IMG/VR virus record: IMGVR_UViG_3300037245_001061
Span: 1-55,002 of that record
Source: a virus
Taxonomy: Duplodnaviria > Caudoviricetes
Reading direction: 5' to 3' (one strand)
DNA: 55,002 bases
Position numbers and translations under genes: made by a program. The stretch's first letter is position 1, and each line of letters starts with the position of its first letter. Below the pieces are notes generated by a model. That model was not told where the DNA came from, did no database searches, and was given only the letters and a program-made list of their open reading frames with translations. Positions 19,053 through 28,853 of this stretch are shown here, in pieces.

Positions 19053-21407
19053 TTAACATATATCACCTGAAAGATTTATATCCCCAAAGCTGAAAGTAGC
19101 ATTGAAGTCTATGTCACCAAAGCTGAAGGTTCCCTCTAGGCCTATGTCACATGGATCGGCCAACTGGGCTCCCACGATCATATTTGCTAGGGTAGTATCA
19201 CCATCCTCTTGTACGTCAGCTATGAGCTGTACCAGTACGTCTATGGTGGCAGTAGTTGCATCACCATCCTCAAGGACATTAGCTGTTATGCTAAGGACAC
19301 CCTCAATGGATGCTAAGGTGGTATCACCCTCCTCAAACACATTAGCCGTAAGGTTGGCTACAGCTTCTAGCACCTCTAGGTTAGCTAAGGTGGTATCACC
19401 GGCCTCTGCCAGACTAACTACTAAGTTACCCGGTACCTGTAGGAGTGCTGTGGTTGTATCACCATCCTCCGAGACATTTGCAGTCAGGGAAAAGACAGCT
19501 CCAAGGGAGGCTGATGTTGCATCACCTTCCTCAAGGAGGTTTGCTGTGAGGTTTGCTACCCCTGCAGCTACCCCTTCGAGGTTAGCTAGAGTGGTGTCGC
19601 CTACTTCAGCCACATCTGCTGTTAGACTTGCTACGGCTTCCAGAAGGGCTAATGTTGTATCGCCCACCTCTGAAACATTGGCTGCAAGGCTTGCTGGGGC
19701 TTCTAGCAGAGCTAAGGTTGTGTCACCTACTTCAGCTGTGTTAGCTGTAAGGCTTGCTATAGTCCCTAGTAAAGCTAATGTTGTATCACCATCTTCAGCA
19801 ACAGTAGCTACTATACTTGCCACAGCCTCTAAGGTTGCTGCTGTAGTGTCCCCTGCCTCATCTTGATCGGCAGTAAGGATGGCAACTCCAGCTACTACAC
19901 CCTGTAGGTTAGCTAAGGTTGTATCGCCAGCCTCAGAGACATCAGCTGTAACCTCAGCTATCAGCTCAATAAGGGCTGCGGTAGTGTCACCGTCTTCTGC
20001 TACGTCTGCTGTAAGTCCTGCAAGGAGCTCTAGGAGGGCTTCTGTAGTATCACCATCCTCTAGGAGGTTGGCTGTGAGGGAGGCTATTCCCTTAAGGGTG
20101 GCTGTGGTAGCATCACCCTCTTCGTTTAGGCTTGCTGCCAGTGAGGCTACAGCCTCGACACTAGCTGAGGTTGTATCCCCATCCTCTGATACGTTAGCTG
20201 CGAGCTCCCCTATTAACTCTAGGAGTGCTGCTGTTGCATCACCATCTTCTGAAACAGATGCTACCAGAGAGGCAATGCCTGCTAATGTGGCTGCAGTTGT
20301 ATCCCCTTCCTCAGCTAAGTTAGCCGTTAAGGAGGCTAAAGCTTCCAGTGTGGCTGATGTAATATCGCCATCTTCGGATAGGCTTGCTGTTAGGGATGCT
20401 GCTGCATCTATGTTTGCTGCTGTGGTATCTCCATCCTCGGAGACACTCGCTGTTAGGTTGGCAGGTAGCTCTAGGCTAGCCGCTGTAGTATCTCCATCTT
20501 CTGAGACACTTGCTGTAAGGGAGGCTATCCCCTCTAATGTTGCTGCTGTAGTATCACCAGCCTCGTCAACATCCGCTGTAAGGCTTGCCCCATCAAAGAC
20601 ATCTTCTATGAGGGGTATCTGTACTTTAGGCTTCAGTATCTGGTATGGGTTTCTGTTGAACTCTACTACTTGTCCGTGAGTCCACGCTACTCCACAGATA
20701 CCTCCTACAAATGTCATGGGGCCAAGGAAGTGCCCATCTGCTACTTGATCACTACCACCAACAGAGGCACCGTTGACAAAAGAGAAGTCTGGGTATACGC
20801 CACCAGTGCCTGCGCCACGGCCACCATGGTGTGTCTCATCACGGTAGAAGTCGTAGTTGCTATTGGTGGTAGCCCCCTCCCCGTTATAAGTCACGACTAC
20901 AGTGTGGTAATTGCCATCCCTAAATAAACCATTATTGAAGGTGTTGGCTGGCCTGACAACATTACCGCCATCGTCTAATCCGAACGCTACTGGCCCCATC
21001 GGGCCGTTAGTACTCCTGAATGACAGGACTAGGTTGTTGGTAATACCCTCTATGACCAATACCACTGGGGTCAGGTCAGTGTAGAAGTCTGGATTACACC
21101 TAATAAATAGTGTGTAGGGTAGTGTCTCGTCAAAGACAGGTGCATCTGGGAAGTCTAACCTGTCAGTGCCCCCACCGAAGTCTACCAGCCTACCTTCGTT
21201 ATTATACCCTACTTCTGGTGTACCCACTCTCTCCGAGTGAGAGCCAGATACATGATCAATTGGTAAGTCTGCATCCAGTGTGGTGTAGAAGCAGAGGCCG
21301 TCAGTTAGGTCATTAGCCCAATCTACCTCTACTCCACCGGGAGGCTTCCCCATCGGGTCTTTAAAACCCGCATGTAATTTCTTAGGCAGCTTACCAATTA
21401 TCGCCAT
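19053..21407 (-). CDS. LamG/concanavalin-like domain plus repeat-stalk protein (fibre/appendage)
   Basis: N-terminal ~270 aa with DG.YHTVVVTY and F.G....V LamG-like motifs, then 22 acidic ~21-aa repeats. Confidence 0.7.
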   Translation of the reverse strand: MAIIGKLPKKLHAGFKDPMGKPPGGVEVDWANDLTDGLCFYTTLDADLPIDHVSGSHSERVGTPEVGYNNEGRLVDFGGGTDRLDFPDAPVFDETLPYTLFIRCNPDFYTDLTPVVLVIEGITNNLVLSFRSTNGPMGPVAFGLDDGGNVVRPANTFNNGLFRDGNYHTVVVTYNGEGATTNSNYDFYRDETHHGGRGAGTGGVYPDFSFVNGASVGGSDQVADGHFLGPMTFVGGICGVAWTHGQVVEFNRNPYQILKPKVQIPLIEDVFDGASLTADVDEAGDTTAATLEGIASLTASVSEDGDTTAASLELPANLTASVSEDGDTTAANIDAAASLTASLSEDGDITSATLEALASLTANLAEEGDTTAATLAGIASLVASVSEDGDATAALLELIGELAANVSEDGDTTSASVEAVASLAASLNEEGDATTATLKGIASLTANLLEDGDTTEALLELLAGLTADVAEDGDTTAALIELIAEVTADVSEAGDTTLANLQGVVAGVAILTADQDEAGDTTAATLEAVASIVATVAEDGDTTLALLGTIASLTANTAEVGDTTLALLEAPASLAANVSEVGDTTLALLEAVASLTADVAEVGDTTLANLEGVAAGVANLTANLLEEGDATSASLGAVFSLTANVSEDGDTTTALLQVPGNLVVSLAEAGDTTLANLEVLEAVANLTANVFEEGDTTLASIEGVLSITANVLEDGDATTATIDVLVQLIADVQEDGDTTLANMIVGAQLADPCDIGLEGTFSFGDIDFNATFSFGDINLSGDIC
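19170..20590 (-). repeat. Coding tandem repeat, 22 x ~63 nt (consensus ASLTA.V.EDGDTT.A.LE..)
   Basis: E(D/A/E/V)GD(T/A/I)T counted 22 times at about 21-aa spacing; ends approximate. Confidence 0.9.
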
Positions 21408-21457
21408 TCGTTGGTGCCCCTATAGTCTTATATTATTGTGTACCTCGGTATAAGTGA

Positions 21458-21910
21458 TTAAGCTTTACCAGCGATAGCCTTGGGTGTAAGCTCTAGCTCC
21501 CAACCTGCGACTACAGAGACTGCCATGTTGTTCTTAATGTAGAACTCGTACTCTTGGCCATCAACTATATTAGTAGTGGATATCTCTAAGGCAGGGTACT
21601 GGACGGTAGCCGCCTCACTCAGGTTAAACACCCCTACGAACTTATCTAGGTAGTTGGCGTTGGGTGTAGTGGCATCGTTAGTACTTAGGATATTTAGAGG
21701 CTTAGCGTATAAGGCTATAGTGCCATTGGCAGCAGAGCCTGTCATTGTGAAAGTACCAACCACGGAAGCCGACAGTACATTGTCTGTGTTAGTCCAAGTA
21801 GCCGTATCCCCGACAACAGAGAATGCGGTGGTAGCTACAGCTGAGGTAGTGTCTGTCACTGTTACAGCTGTACCAAAATAGTCTACGGGAGCCCCTGTAG
21901 GTATTGCCAT
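21458..21910 (-). CDS. Hypothetical beta-rich protein, fibre module
   Basis: Thr/Ala/Val-rich 150 aa, tightly packed operon. Confidence 0.65.
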   Translation of the reverse strand: MAIPTGAPVDYFGTAVTVTDTTSAVATTAFSVVGDTATWTNTDNVLSASVVGTFTMTGSAANGTIALYAKPLNILSTNDATTPNANYLDKFVGVFNLSEAATVQYPALEISTTNIVDGQEYEFYIKNNMAVSVVAGWELELTPKAIAGKA

Positions 21911-22348
21911 TTAGATATCTCCTGCAGCGCGTTTCATTCGTGCGTCTGTTACGTGTTGTAAGATTAGTCTAGGGAAGACCAGTTCGGTTACAGTGCCCAT
22001 TGCTATGGTTGCTGAGGCCATCTCAGAAGAGAACTGGCCTATGTCTATCAGGGCATTAACAGCAGCCTGTGTCTGGGAGTTATTGATGTCAATACCCACA
22101 CCCTCCAGAGCTGACATCACCCATGCTGGCTGGTAGTCCTCATGCTCTATAGCTAAGCCGCAACAGTACTCCAGTGCGTCCTGCAAGCAAGCTGCAACCG
22201 TTGCTGATGCCTCCTTGGCAATCATCACAAATGTTATCTTCCTTTCCGGGGTAGTGTCCTCTGTCATAACAGCCAAGATGTCAAAGAACTCTTGGTCTGT
22301 CAGGTTGGGATCACTATCCAAGTCAGCGATAGCTACAGTATCAACCAT
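21911..22348 (-). CDS. Hypothetical protein, fibre module
   Basis: 145 aa, abutting neighbours. Confidence 0.65.
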   Translation of the reverse strand: MVDTVAIADLDSDPNLTDQEFFDILAVMTEDTTPERKITFVMIAKEASATVAACLQDALEYCCGLAIEHEDYQPAWVMSALEGVGIDINNSQTQAAVNALIDIGQFSSEMASATIAMGTVTELVFPRLILQHVTDARMKRAAGDI

Positions 22349-22351
22349 GTG

Positions 22352-22750
22352 TTATACTCCGTCGTCGTAAGCTGCGGTGTTAACCCAGTCCCCTGACATT
22401 TGCACAGTCTGGCCTGCTACGATGGTTAAGTTATCCAGTGTTACACCATCACTGCCTTCTAGTAAGCCTGCCTCCAAGAATGTAGATCCTGAGGTAAGGA
22501 GCTCGTAATGGCCTGCTGTACCTGATGCAGCTGCGTTGGTATCTGCTGTGATCGCACTAGAGGTTAGGACTCCGTTAGAAACCACACCCCACTGGGATAC
22601 ATTACCTGTAAGAGTGGCTAGGAGAGTACCAACGCCACCCACACCATCTGGAGAGCCTGAGCGGATCTGTATTAGTGCGCTAGTACCACGTTGTGTGTTT
22701 AGGCCATCCATGAGGGCCGTCCTAACTGCGTTTGTTCTAAAAATTGTCAT
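22352..22750 (-). CDS. Hypothetical virion accessory protein
   Basis: I.I.SG.P, GT.LATL, A..SGTA.H, I.AGQ.V pattern typical of phage fibre-module proteins. Confidence 0.65.
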   Translation of the reverse strand: MTIFRTNAVRTALMDGLNTQRGTSALIQIRSGSPDGVGGVGTLLATLTGNVSQWGVVSNGVLTSSAITADTNAAASGTAGHYELLTSGSTFLEAGLLEGSDGVTLDNLTIVAGQTVQMSGDWVNTAAYDDGV

Positions 22751-22768
22751 TGGTTGCCCCTGTGGGTA

Positions 22769-23539
22769 TTAGTTTACTGAGTTGCCTGTGCTAGGCTTAA
22801 TTGATAATTGGATTGTTTCTACTACGGTGTTGTTCACTGTACCTAGGTCGTCTAGGTCTGTCTGACCACCACCTACGAAGTCTGGCCACGGGGAGGCTGC
22901 TAAGGCCTCTTTCTCCGTGGAGGACAATACCCTAGGCCAAACTGCAACCCAAGATACTGATGCCTGCGCTGGCCACGTTGTGTCAAACCTAGCCCCAGCA
23001 GTAACCCTATCGAAGTTAAATGAGCTATCCTGAGCTAGCGCTGGTTGGACGTTGGATAGGCCCTCAACCTCATCAAAGATCCCTAGAGTTAAGTCAGGGG
23101 AGTTGTACTCAACTATGAGTACCCTCTCTGTACCATCCCATGTGGATGTGTTGTTTAGGTTTGTTGCTGTATTACTAGCTGCCAAGTCACGCATGAATCC
23201 GCTAACATCACCCGCACTGCCAGAGCCCCTCAGGGCTAGGTTGCTAGTGGTCTGTCCCACTAGCCCTAATGATGCAACCGCATTGTTGGTTCCCAGATCC
23301 ACTGTCCCAAAGCATCGAATGGCAAGGGTGGCGGAAGTGGCATAGGCATCTATAGGTGTCAGTGGCATTTCTATGCTGTTGGTAGATCCATCGAAATTGA
23401 AGAAGGTCTCTCCTCCCTCACCAACTGAGGTAGTGGGAGTTCCAGTCTTCACACCATCAGCCCCACCAACAGGACTCTGATCTACGTACTCCCCACCTAC
23501 CACTCGATAAGCAGCTAGCAGGCCATTATCTAAGCTCAT
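22769..23539 (-). CDS. LamG/concanavalin-like domain protein
   Basis: L..GL.A.Y, F.FDG, VAVW.R.LS..E motifs. Confidence 0.65.
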   Translation of the reverse strand: MSLDNGLLAAYRVVGGEYVDQSPVGGADGVKTGTPTTSVGEGGETFFNFDGSTNSIEMPLTPIDAYATSATLAIRCFGTVDLGTNNAVASLGLVGQTTSNLALRGSGSAGDVSGFMRDLAASNTATNLNNTSTWDGTERVLIVEYNSPDLTLGIFDEVEGLSNVQPALAQDSSFNFDRVTAGARFDTTWPAQASVSWVAVWPRVLSSTEKEALAASPWPDFVGGGQTDLDDLGTVNNTVVETIQLSIKPSTGNSVN

Positions 23540-24018
23540 TTCTTACTCCCCATGACCAAGCTTAGAGGAGCTGCAGTAGGTGTGCTGGTTGTACCCTTGG
23601 CACCCTTCTTCTCTTTCCTCTCGTCTCTCTCTCTGAGGACTGTTAGGATCTCGTCTAGCTGGTATGATGCCACCCTAACCCTAATCAGGGGGTCTATGGA
23701 ATCAGTCATAAGGACTTGAAGCTCTAGGATGGCTCCCTCTAGCTCTGCTAGGAACTTACCTTGAACACCATCTGTGCGGTACTTCCTACCTTTAGCTTCT
23801 TGCTCTCGTAGGAGCTTCATGCCTTCTTTTACTATCTTGGTGCCTGCCTTCTCTCTGACTTTCTCATCGGAGTGTTTCAGCATTGTTCTTAAAGTCTTAA
23901 TAGCATCATCGGAGCCCTTTAGAAGGCTCCTCTCGATTAATGCCTTGGAGGGTATCTTGTTCTTAGAAGCACCCCTCCCTAGGAGGTTACCTGATACTCC
24001 GGGTTGGAACTTGGCCAT
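23536..24018 (-). CDS. Terminase small subunit-like protein (DUF5681-type N-terminus)
   Basis: MAKFQPGVSGN..GR after GAGGAG RBS; basic and helical. Confidence 0.55.
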   Translation of the reverse strand: MAKFQPGVSGNLLGRGASKNKIPSKALIERSLLKGSDDAIKTLRTMLKHSDEKVREKAGTKIVKEGMKLLREQEAKGRKYRTDGVQGKFLAELEGAILELQVLMTDSIDPLIRVRVASYQLDEILTVLRERDERKEKKGAKGTTSTPTAAPLSLVMGSKK

Positions 24019-24144
24019 ATTAGGCTCCTCTTGAATTAGGTGCATCCCTAGTACCGAATGTTATTATTATCGGCTCAGAGCGGAGGGGTCTCTACTAGGG
24101 ATGCGATTCTTCAGGAGCAGGGCTCCTCTCTCCAATTCTTTGTA

Positions 24145-25893
24145 CTATACTGAGCCTATTACTAGGCTAGCGTCCGAGACAGTTATATTATCGCTAGTAC
24201 CATCCCCAGCAATCTTTAGCTGGACGGTATCCCCCTTAACCATCGTACCCACTTCCAGTAGGACAGGTATGGATATCTTATCTGTCTTCACTTCCACCGG
24301 ATGGTAGTGTGCAGTAGCAAAGGTAGGCACTTCATCGTTAATAGCGTAAGTGAACCTATAGGCTGCAGTAGCCCCGCCCTTGAACACTGTAAGAGACCCA
24401 GATATAACCATCTTAATGGGCTCAAGCCCTGTGTACTCCCAAGTACCGTCCTCTACTACCTTAAACCTCTCTATGGTTCCCTGCTGTGTTATTCCGCTGA
24501 AGTCTATGTCTGTGTAGCCGCCGTCAGATACAGAAGTAGTGACTGCATTAGCATTAGAGATCCCCCCAGCTGTGTACAGGCTAGACTGAATACCGGGACT
24601 ATTATTAACCAACACCCTAGGGTCTGTCTGGTCTATTCCAGATGTATCCCATGTACCCGTATGTGTTGATGTAAAGGGTAAGCTCACTTGGAAGCTATTT
24701 GTCTGCTGGTTGAATACTGTACGTCCACCATCGTAATCTGTGGCTGCGTCAGTGTCCAACATTACAGTGTCGCCGTTTACTAGGGCGGTTGATGTCTCTG
24801 TCATAACTACAGAATCTACCGTGAAGTTAGCACTCTCATCCGAGCCATATTCAATGAACAAGGCCTCAAAATAGGAGGTGCCGTCAGTGTCAGTAATGCA
24901 GAGGGTGCCATTGTAATTGTCATTAGTAGTGAACCCAGTAGCGACCACCTCTTGGTCTACGTACAGCGTAGGGCCAGTAAATGTGTACCTAGCAAGGCCA
25001 GGAGACACTGGGGAGTCAATAACACTGACTGCAGTTGAGCCAGTAGAGTCATCTGCTACTGCAGTGAAAACACCCTGAGCCCCGTTAACATCAAAGGCAA
25101 ACCCAGATATCAAGCTGGTCTGTGCCATGTTGAACCTAGACTGTGGGTTCATAGCAGGGTCTATGTGAAATAAGGATGCTGCCGAGTCAGCTTGGAATTT
25201 TATACCGGAGGCTGTGTACGCTGCTATCCTATTACCGGAGAGGGTTACTAGAGGGCCTACTACAGACTCATCAAGAACTTTGAGGTTAAGGACTTCTACG
25301 TCAGCGTTGACAACATCAAACCCCGTACCTATGCCCCTTAGAGAGCAGAACCGGAAGGTTACCCTACCGTTCTTGTTTATAGTTCCTAGGTCACCCCACC
25401 CCAACATAGAGAGAAATTCAAAGGAGAAGTAACCAGTGCCAGTAGTGTCAGCTAGTGTAGCAGAGTTGGTGGAGACTAGGTTTATGTTAAGTAGCTCCAT
25501 CGACCCTTCTCCAGAGTAGAATGTGCCCACCCCGGTGTACACGTACTGTGGTGTTGGTGCCACCCCTGCAAACCTCACAGATGCGCCCGCGTCAATCGAG
25601 AACTCAGTTAGGCCCACGTAGGAGACGTTGAACATGAATGTGGTCGGCGTAGTCACAGTAATGACATTCGCTACGGCTAGATCCTCTATATCAGATGCAG
25701 AGTTTACTACGACTACAGTGCTGGGGGCCTTGTATACAGTGTACGTGCCATCAGTAATATTACTAGCATCGTCGATAGAGTAGGGGCTGTCTAGGATATT
25801 ACCACTTGCGCTTCCCATCGGGAGGCTGCCCTCTGATATGGAGAACACCATACCTCCTCCATCGCCACCTGAGTTGGGGGGTCTTATAGTCAT
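24145..25893 (-). CDS. Large beta-rich virion/fibre-like protein
   Basis: 582 aa from ATG 25893 (AAAGGA RBS); Gly/Thr/Ser-rich; V...G.....YNG...I modules seen in fibre proteins. Confidence 0.6.
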   Translation of the reverse strand: MTIRPPNSGGDGGGMVFSISEGSLPMGSASGNILDSPYSIDDASNITDGTYTVYKAPSTVVVVNSASDIEDLAVANVITVTTPTTFMFNVSYVGLTEFSIDAGASVRFAGVAPTPQYVYTGVGTFYSGEGSMELLNINLVSTNSATLADTTGTGYFSFEFLSMLGWGDLGTINKNGRVTFRFCSLRGIGTGFDVVNADVEVLNLKVLDESVVGPLVTLSGNRIAAYTASGIKFQADSAASLFHIDPAMNPQSRFNMAQTSLISGFAFDVNGAQGVFTAVADDSTGSTAVSVIDSPVSPGLARYTFTGPTLYVDQEVVATGFTTNDNYNGTLCITDTDGTSYFEALFIEYGSDESANFTVDSVVMTETSTALVNGDTVMLDTDAATDYDGGRTVFNQQTNSFQVSLPFTSTHTGTWDTSGIDQTDPRVLVNNSPGIQSSLYTAGGISNANAVTTSVSDGGYTDIDFSGITQQGTIERFKVVEDGTWEYTGLEPIKMVISGSLTVFKGGATAAYRFTYAINDEVPTFATAHYHPVEVKTDKISIPVLLEVGTMVKGDTVQLKIAGDGTSDNITVSDASLVIGSV

Positions 25894-25997
25894 CTCAATT
25901 CCTTTTGTCATGCTCATTAACCACACCTAGGCACCCCCCAGAGCCTCTGTGTAGTATGTATCCTGTATAGCTTCTCTTCCTGAGAGGCTAATTAATC

Positions 25998-26288
25998 TTA
26001 TGTGTTGTCTTGTACGCTAACAGGCATATCAACGTAGCCTATAGTCATTGCCCAGACTTCGCTCTCCCCTGCAGGAATAGATTTGATTGCTGTATTAGCG
26101 GGTAGAACCATCATTAGCTCGCCCCCTGTGTCGCCATCTGATGGCTGGGCTGCAGCTATCTGTAGCCTAACAGGAGATGTGCCCTTGTTAGTTACGAGCA
26201 CCGCTGTGCCCGCCGCCACTCCTGATAAGCTATTTAGGCTCACGTAAACATTAGGTGTTACGGCTACGTCTGGGATTGTATCTGCCAT
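25998..26288 (-). CDS. Small beta-sandwich protein
   Basis: 96 aa, AGGAG RBS, V.NKG..PV motif. Confidence 0.65.
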   Translation of the reverse strand: MADTIPDVAVTPNVYVSLNSLSGVAAGTAVLVTNKGTSPVRLQIAAAQPSDGDTGGELMMVLPANTAIKSIPAGESEVWAMTIGYVDMPVSVQDNT

Positions 26289-26296
26289 AATGGCTC

Positions 26297-26560
26297 CTAG
26301 ATGGCTGCACTTACAGTGGTACTGTCCGCTGTGGCAGTTAGTGTGAAGTTAAAGTCTGTGCCGAATGTAAAGGTCTTACTGGATGAGGTGGCATCACCAC
26401 CGGGCTTTGCTGACAGCCTTACTATAGGCTCACCAGTAGCTGTCTCAGTAACCTGTACGGAACCAGATAGGCATGTGACGATGAATGTATCATCCAATGA
26501 TGTAAGATCAACTGTAGTATCAATAGCTGCACTTGTCAGTACAATAGAGGCGGTAGCCAT
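26297..26560 (-). CDS. Small Thr-rich hypothetical protein
   Basis: 87 aa, AAGGA RBS; first gene of the leftward structural block. Confidence 0.6.
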   Translation of the reverse strand: MATASIVLTSAAIDTTVDLTSLDDTFIVTCLSGSVQVTETATGEPIVRLSAKPGGDATSSSKTFTFGTDFNFTLTATADSTTVSAAI

Positions 26561-26743
26561 ATCAGATCCTTTGAGGGTGGCCCTCAGGGGGCCTTGTAGG
26601 GAACCTCTGCCACGTCATCGGGCTAGAGGCTATTTAGAAGTGTAGCCTCGATCAGGGTACTCAGAAGAGCAGATGATCGAGGGCTATCGGTAAATTGGCG
26701 GGGTGCTTAAGTGGATTAAACATATATCTTCCCCTTGACAACC

Positions 26744-26773
26744 ATTAAGGGGGGTATAGAGCCTAAATGTCAA
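26744..26773 (-). promoter_or_regulatory. Sigma70-like promoter TTGACA-N18-CTTAAT
   Basis: Perfect -35; same ..CCCCTTAAT -10 context as 29937-29966. Confidence 0.5.
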
Positions 26774-26798
26774 GCTTTATTTTCATAAATGTTAATAT

Positions 26799-27098
26799 TT
26801 AATAGTTTCTATGGTAATCATTATCCAATAGGTTAAATATTGACCTACTACGAGGCTCTAGTGGGGGGATTGTATTATGGCAGTCACCAAAGGTATTATA
26901 GTTATTCTGTTCCAAGTGGGAGTTATCAGGGTCAGCTATGGGGGCTGTCTCATCCCCACAGGGCTTCACCATCAGCCCATCCAACTCCCCCTCGCCATGC
27001 TCCCCTGATGTATTGAGGAACCCGTAGAACTCTCTCCTCTGGATATACTCATCTAGGGAGTTGCTATCATCTATCAAATGCTGTGTTATTGATGTCAT
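26799..27098 (-). CDS. Hypothetical protein (paralog of 29305-29673)
   Basis: GAGG RBS; EYIQRREFYG matches EYLVRRDFYG. Confidence 0.6.
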   Translation of the reverse strand: MTSITQHLIDDSNSLDEYIQRREFYGFLNTSGEHGEGELDGLMVKPCGDETAPIADPDNSHLEQNNYNTFGDCHNTIPPLEPRSRSIFNLLDNDYHRNY

Positions 27099-27225
27099 AC
27101 CTTACCTCTATATCTATGGATGCCCTCAGGCTTACGAGAGCCTACCTTAGAGCGATTTAATACGGTTACCTACCCTACCCCACAGGGTACCCCCTTGAAT
27201 TGCTCTACGGGGAGTATATGGGCTC

Positions 27226-27522
27226 CTATGGGGTGTAGTGGTCTCCCTCGTAGAGGGCAAGGACATCTTCCCCCACAATGATCTCCAGTGTACTGAAACT
27301 TGTAGGCCCAAAGCTCTCGTAGGTTACCATCGTTAAAAGACTTGATGCCCATGTGGGGTATGGGTCTTCATAATACTTTGATGGGACTGGGGTTATGATG
27401 TAGTCAGCCCCCACAGCCTTTAGCTTGTCTGTTATAATCTGTAGGCACCCGCTCAGTAGTAGCCTAATATACTCTTGGTTCTTATCATCTCCCATCTCAA
27501 TATCCTCTGCACTAGTTAACAT
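27226..27522 (-). CDS. Hypothetical protein
   Basis: 98 aa ORF in the leftward small-gene array. Confidence 0.55.
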   Translation of the reverse strand: MLTSAEDIEMGDDKNQEYIRLLLSGCLQIITDKLKAVGADYIITPVPSKYYEDPYPTWASSLLTMVTYESFGPTSFSTLEIIVGEDVLALYEGDHYTP

Positions 27523-27567
27523 CCATACCGGGAGTGTTCTCGTGGCGTCCCGATCTTCCTGTTATGT
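27514..27567 (+). repeat. Degenerate attC-like site (left array)
   Basis: Minus strand ACATAAC...ATCGGGA...TCCCGGT...GTTAACT; extrahelical bases not obvious. Confidence 0.35.
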
Positions 27568-27828
27568 GTCTTGCTTCTCACAAGACTTATCTAATAACTC
27601 TTTAACAAAGAATGTTATTTCCGGGCTATCAATATCCATCTTTAAATATCCGTCTCGGGTGTAGTCTTCTAGCTCTAATGTATCTGGATAGCACTTCCCG
27701 CTGCACCCACAGAATCGCTCTGTAAACCTCACCTTCTCTGTTTCACCATCTTCATCGGTGTGCAGGTAGTTGGTTATCTGTTCCCTCATAACAAGTCGCT
27801 CCATTTGATTCGTTCGTGCCTCACTCAC
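27562..27828 (-). CDS. Cassette-like hypothetical protein starting inside attC
   Basis: N-terminus MSEARTNQMERLVMR is encoded by the attC arm; gene ends in CATAA|C. Confidence 0.6.
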   Translation of the reverse strand: MSEARTNQMERLVMREQITNYLHTDEDGETEKVRFTERFCGCSGKCYPDTLELEDYTRDGYLKMDIDSPEITFFVKELLDKSCEKQDT

Positions 27829-27852
27829 TCACTAATGAGCTTGGGGTCAACT
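27786..27852 (+). repeat. attC-like site (left array; bottom-like strand is minus)
   Basis: Minus strand AGTTGAC..GCTCATT...AATGGAGC..TTGTTATGA; extra G on 3' arm. Confidence 0.65.
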
Positions 27853-27853
27853 G

Positions 27854-28156
27854 TCACATCAACCCACGTAATGATCTCTGTGGGTTAGGTAATAAAGCAG
27901 CGCACTTGTCTCGTAGCGCAATCCAATTACCTAGCTTTTTCCTAGCAGGGTAAGTTGTCCTAAGTAAGCACATCATTGATAGCTCATTCAGGTTATCAAG
28001 ACTCACACTGTCTAGCAGGTAGTCAACGCTTTTGTAGTCACCCTCGCAAAACGCCTCACCTACGGCAGCTATAAGTGGGTATATCTCATGCGCTTCAGTT
28101 ACTTCACTAAAGTCAACACACAACAGATCGTTCAATTCTGACTTCATACGCCCCAC
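27854..28156 (-). CDS. Cassette-like hypothetical protein starting inside attC
   Basis: AAGGAG RBS and start lie within 28118-28186; SELNDLL is encoded by the attC arm. Confidence 0.6.
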   Translation of the reverse strand: MGRMKSELNDLLCVDFSEVTEAHEIYPLIAAVGEAFCEGDYKSVDYLLDSVSLDNLNELSMMCLLRTTYPARKKLGNWIALRDKCAALLPNPQRSLRGLM

Positions 28157-28186
28157 TCCTTCAGCAAATCAACTTGTGGGTCAGTT
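28118..28186 (+). repeat. attC-like site (left array)
   Basis: Minus strand AACTGAC..GTTGATTT...GAATTGAAC..TGTTGTGT. Confidence 0.55.
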
Positions 28187-28381
28187 CCCAAGAAGCAAGT
28201 ATTTATCGGTAGTCATGTCGTCCCTCTTGTATTGCACCCAACCATCCGGCCTAGCCTTGCAAAGCTCTACTACCTTCATATCTTCAGCAGTCAGTAGGCA
28301 TTGTTCGCTGTACATTACATAGGCAACCAACATTTCTTGGTCTTGCTCCTTTAAGTGTTCTCTCAATTCTTTTACTTTCAT
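28181..28381 (-). CDS. Hypothetical protein (MKVKEL.. N-terminus)
   Basis: GAGGAG RBS; common phage N-terminal motif. Confidence 0.65.
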   Translation of the reverse strand: MKVKELREHLKEQDQEMLVAYVMYSEQCLLTAEDMKVVELCKARPDGWVQYKRDDMTTDKYLLLGN

Positions 28382-28409
28382 AAGTCTCTCCTCTCAAGTT
28401 AGCTTGTGG

Positions 28410-28844
28410 TTATCTTTCCAAGTCCACGAACTCCACTCCTGTACCATCTATAGGCTTGAAGTATTTGTACACCTCTAAGAATCCTTCTTTGTCCTTTACC
28501 CTACCTGACAAATAAATATTAAACCTTGTCTCACCAACGTAGGTTATTTTGTCACAGAAATACGCATTCCAAGTCTCTATCACTTCCTTGCAGGTCTTTA
28601 TTGTTCCTAAATGCTTTCCTAAAATCCTGGCAGATAGTACTCTTAGCAAGCCTAGATACTTTTCCTCAACTGCCATATCAGAGATCAGAGGAAGTATTCC
28701 GGGGTGCTCTTCCCTGATGTACCGCTCGATAGACCCCTCTGGTTTAGATGGTAGTAGTAGGTACGATGTCCTCCCCTCCTTAAAATCTCTTATGCAAGAC
28801 TCTATCACCTCTATAAAATCACTGTCCATCTCAATATACTCCAT
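28410..28844 (-). CDS. Hypothetical protein
   Basis: 144 aa; ends AGATAA|C followed by a half attC arm. Confidence 0.55.
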   Translation of the reverse strand: MEYIEMDSDFIEVIESCIRDFKEGRTSYLLLPSKPEGSIERYIREEHPGILPLISDMAVEEKYLGLLRVLSARILGKHLGTIKTCKEVIETWNAYFCDKITYVGETRFNIYLSGRVKDKEGFLEVYKYFKPIDGTGVEFVDLER

Positions 28845-28853
28845 AGTTAATAG

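Noticed and set aside
24042-24104. Hammerhead ribozyme
   Set aside because: Three-way geometry but no CUGANGA/GAAA core on either strand.
4-26645. Many plus-strand ORFs (e.g. 613-1056, 5925-6641, 19102-19866, 19879-20679)
   Set aside because: Antisense shadows of well-supported minus-strand structural genes; Ser/Pro/Val-rich with no motifs.
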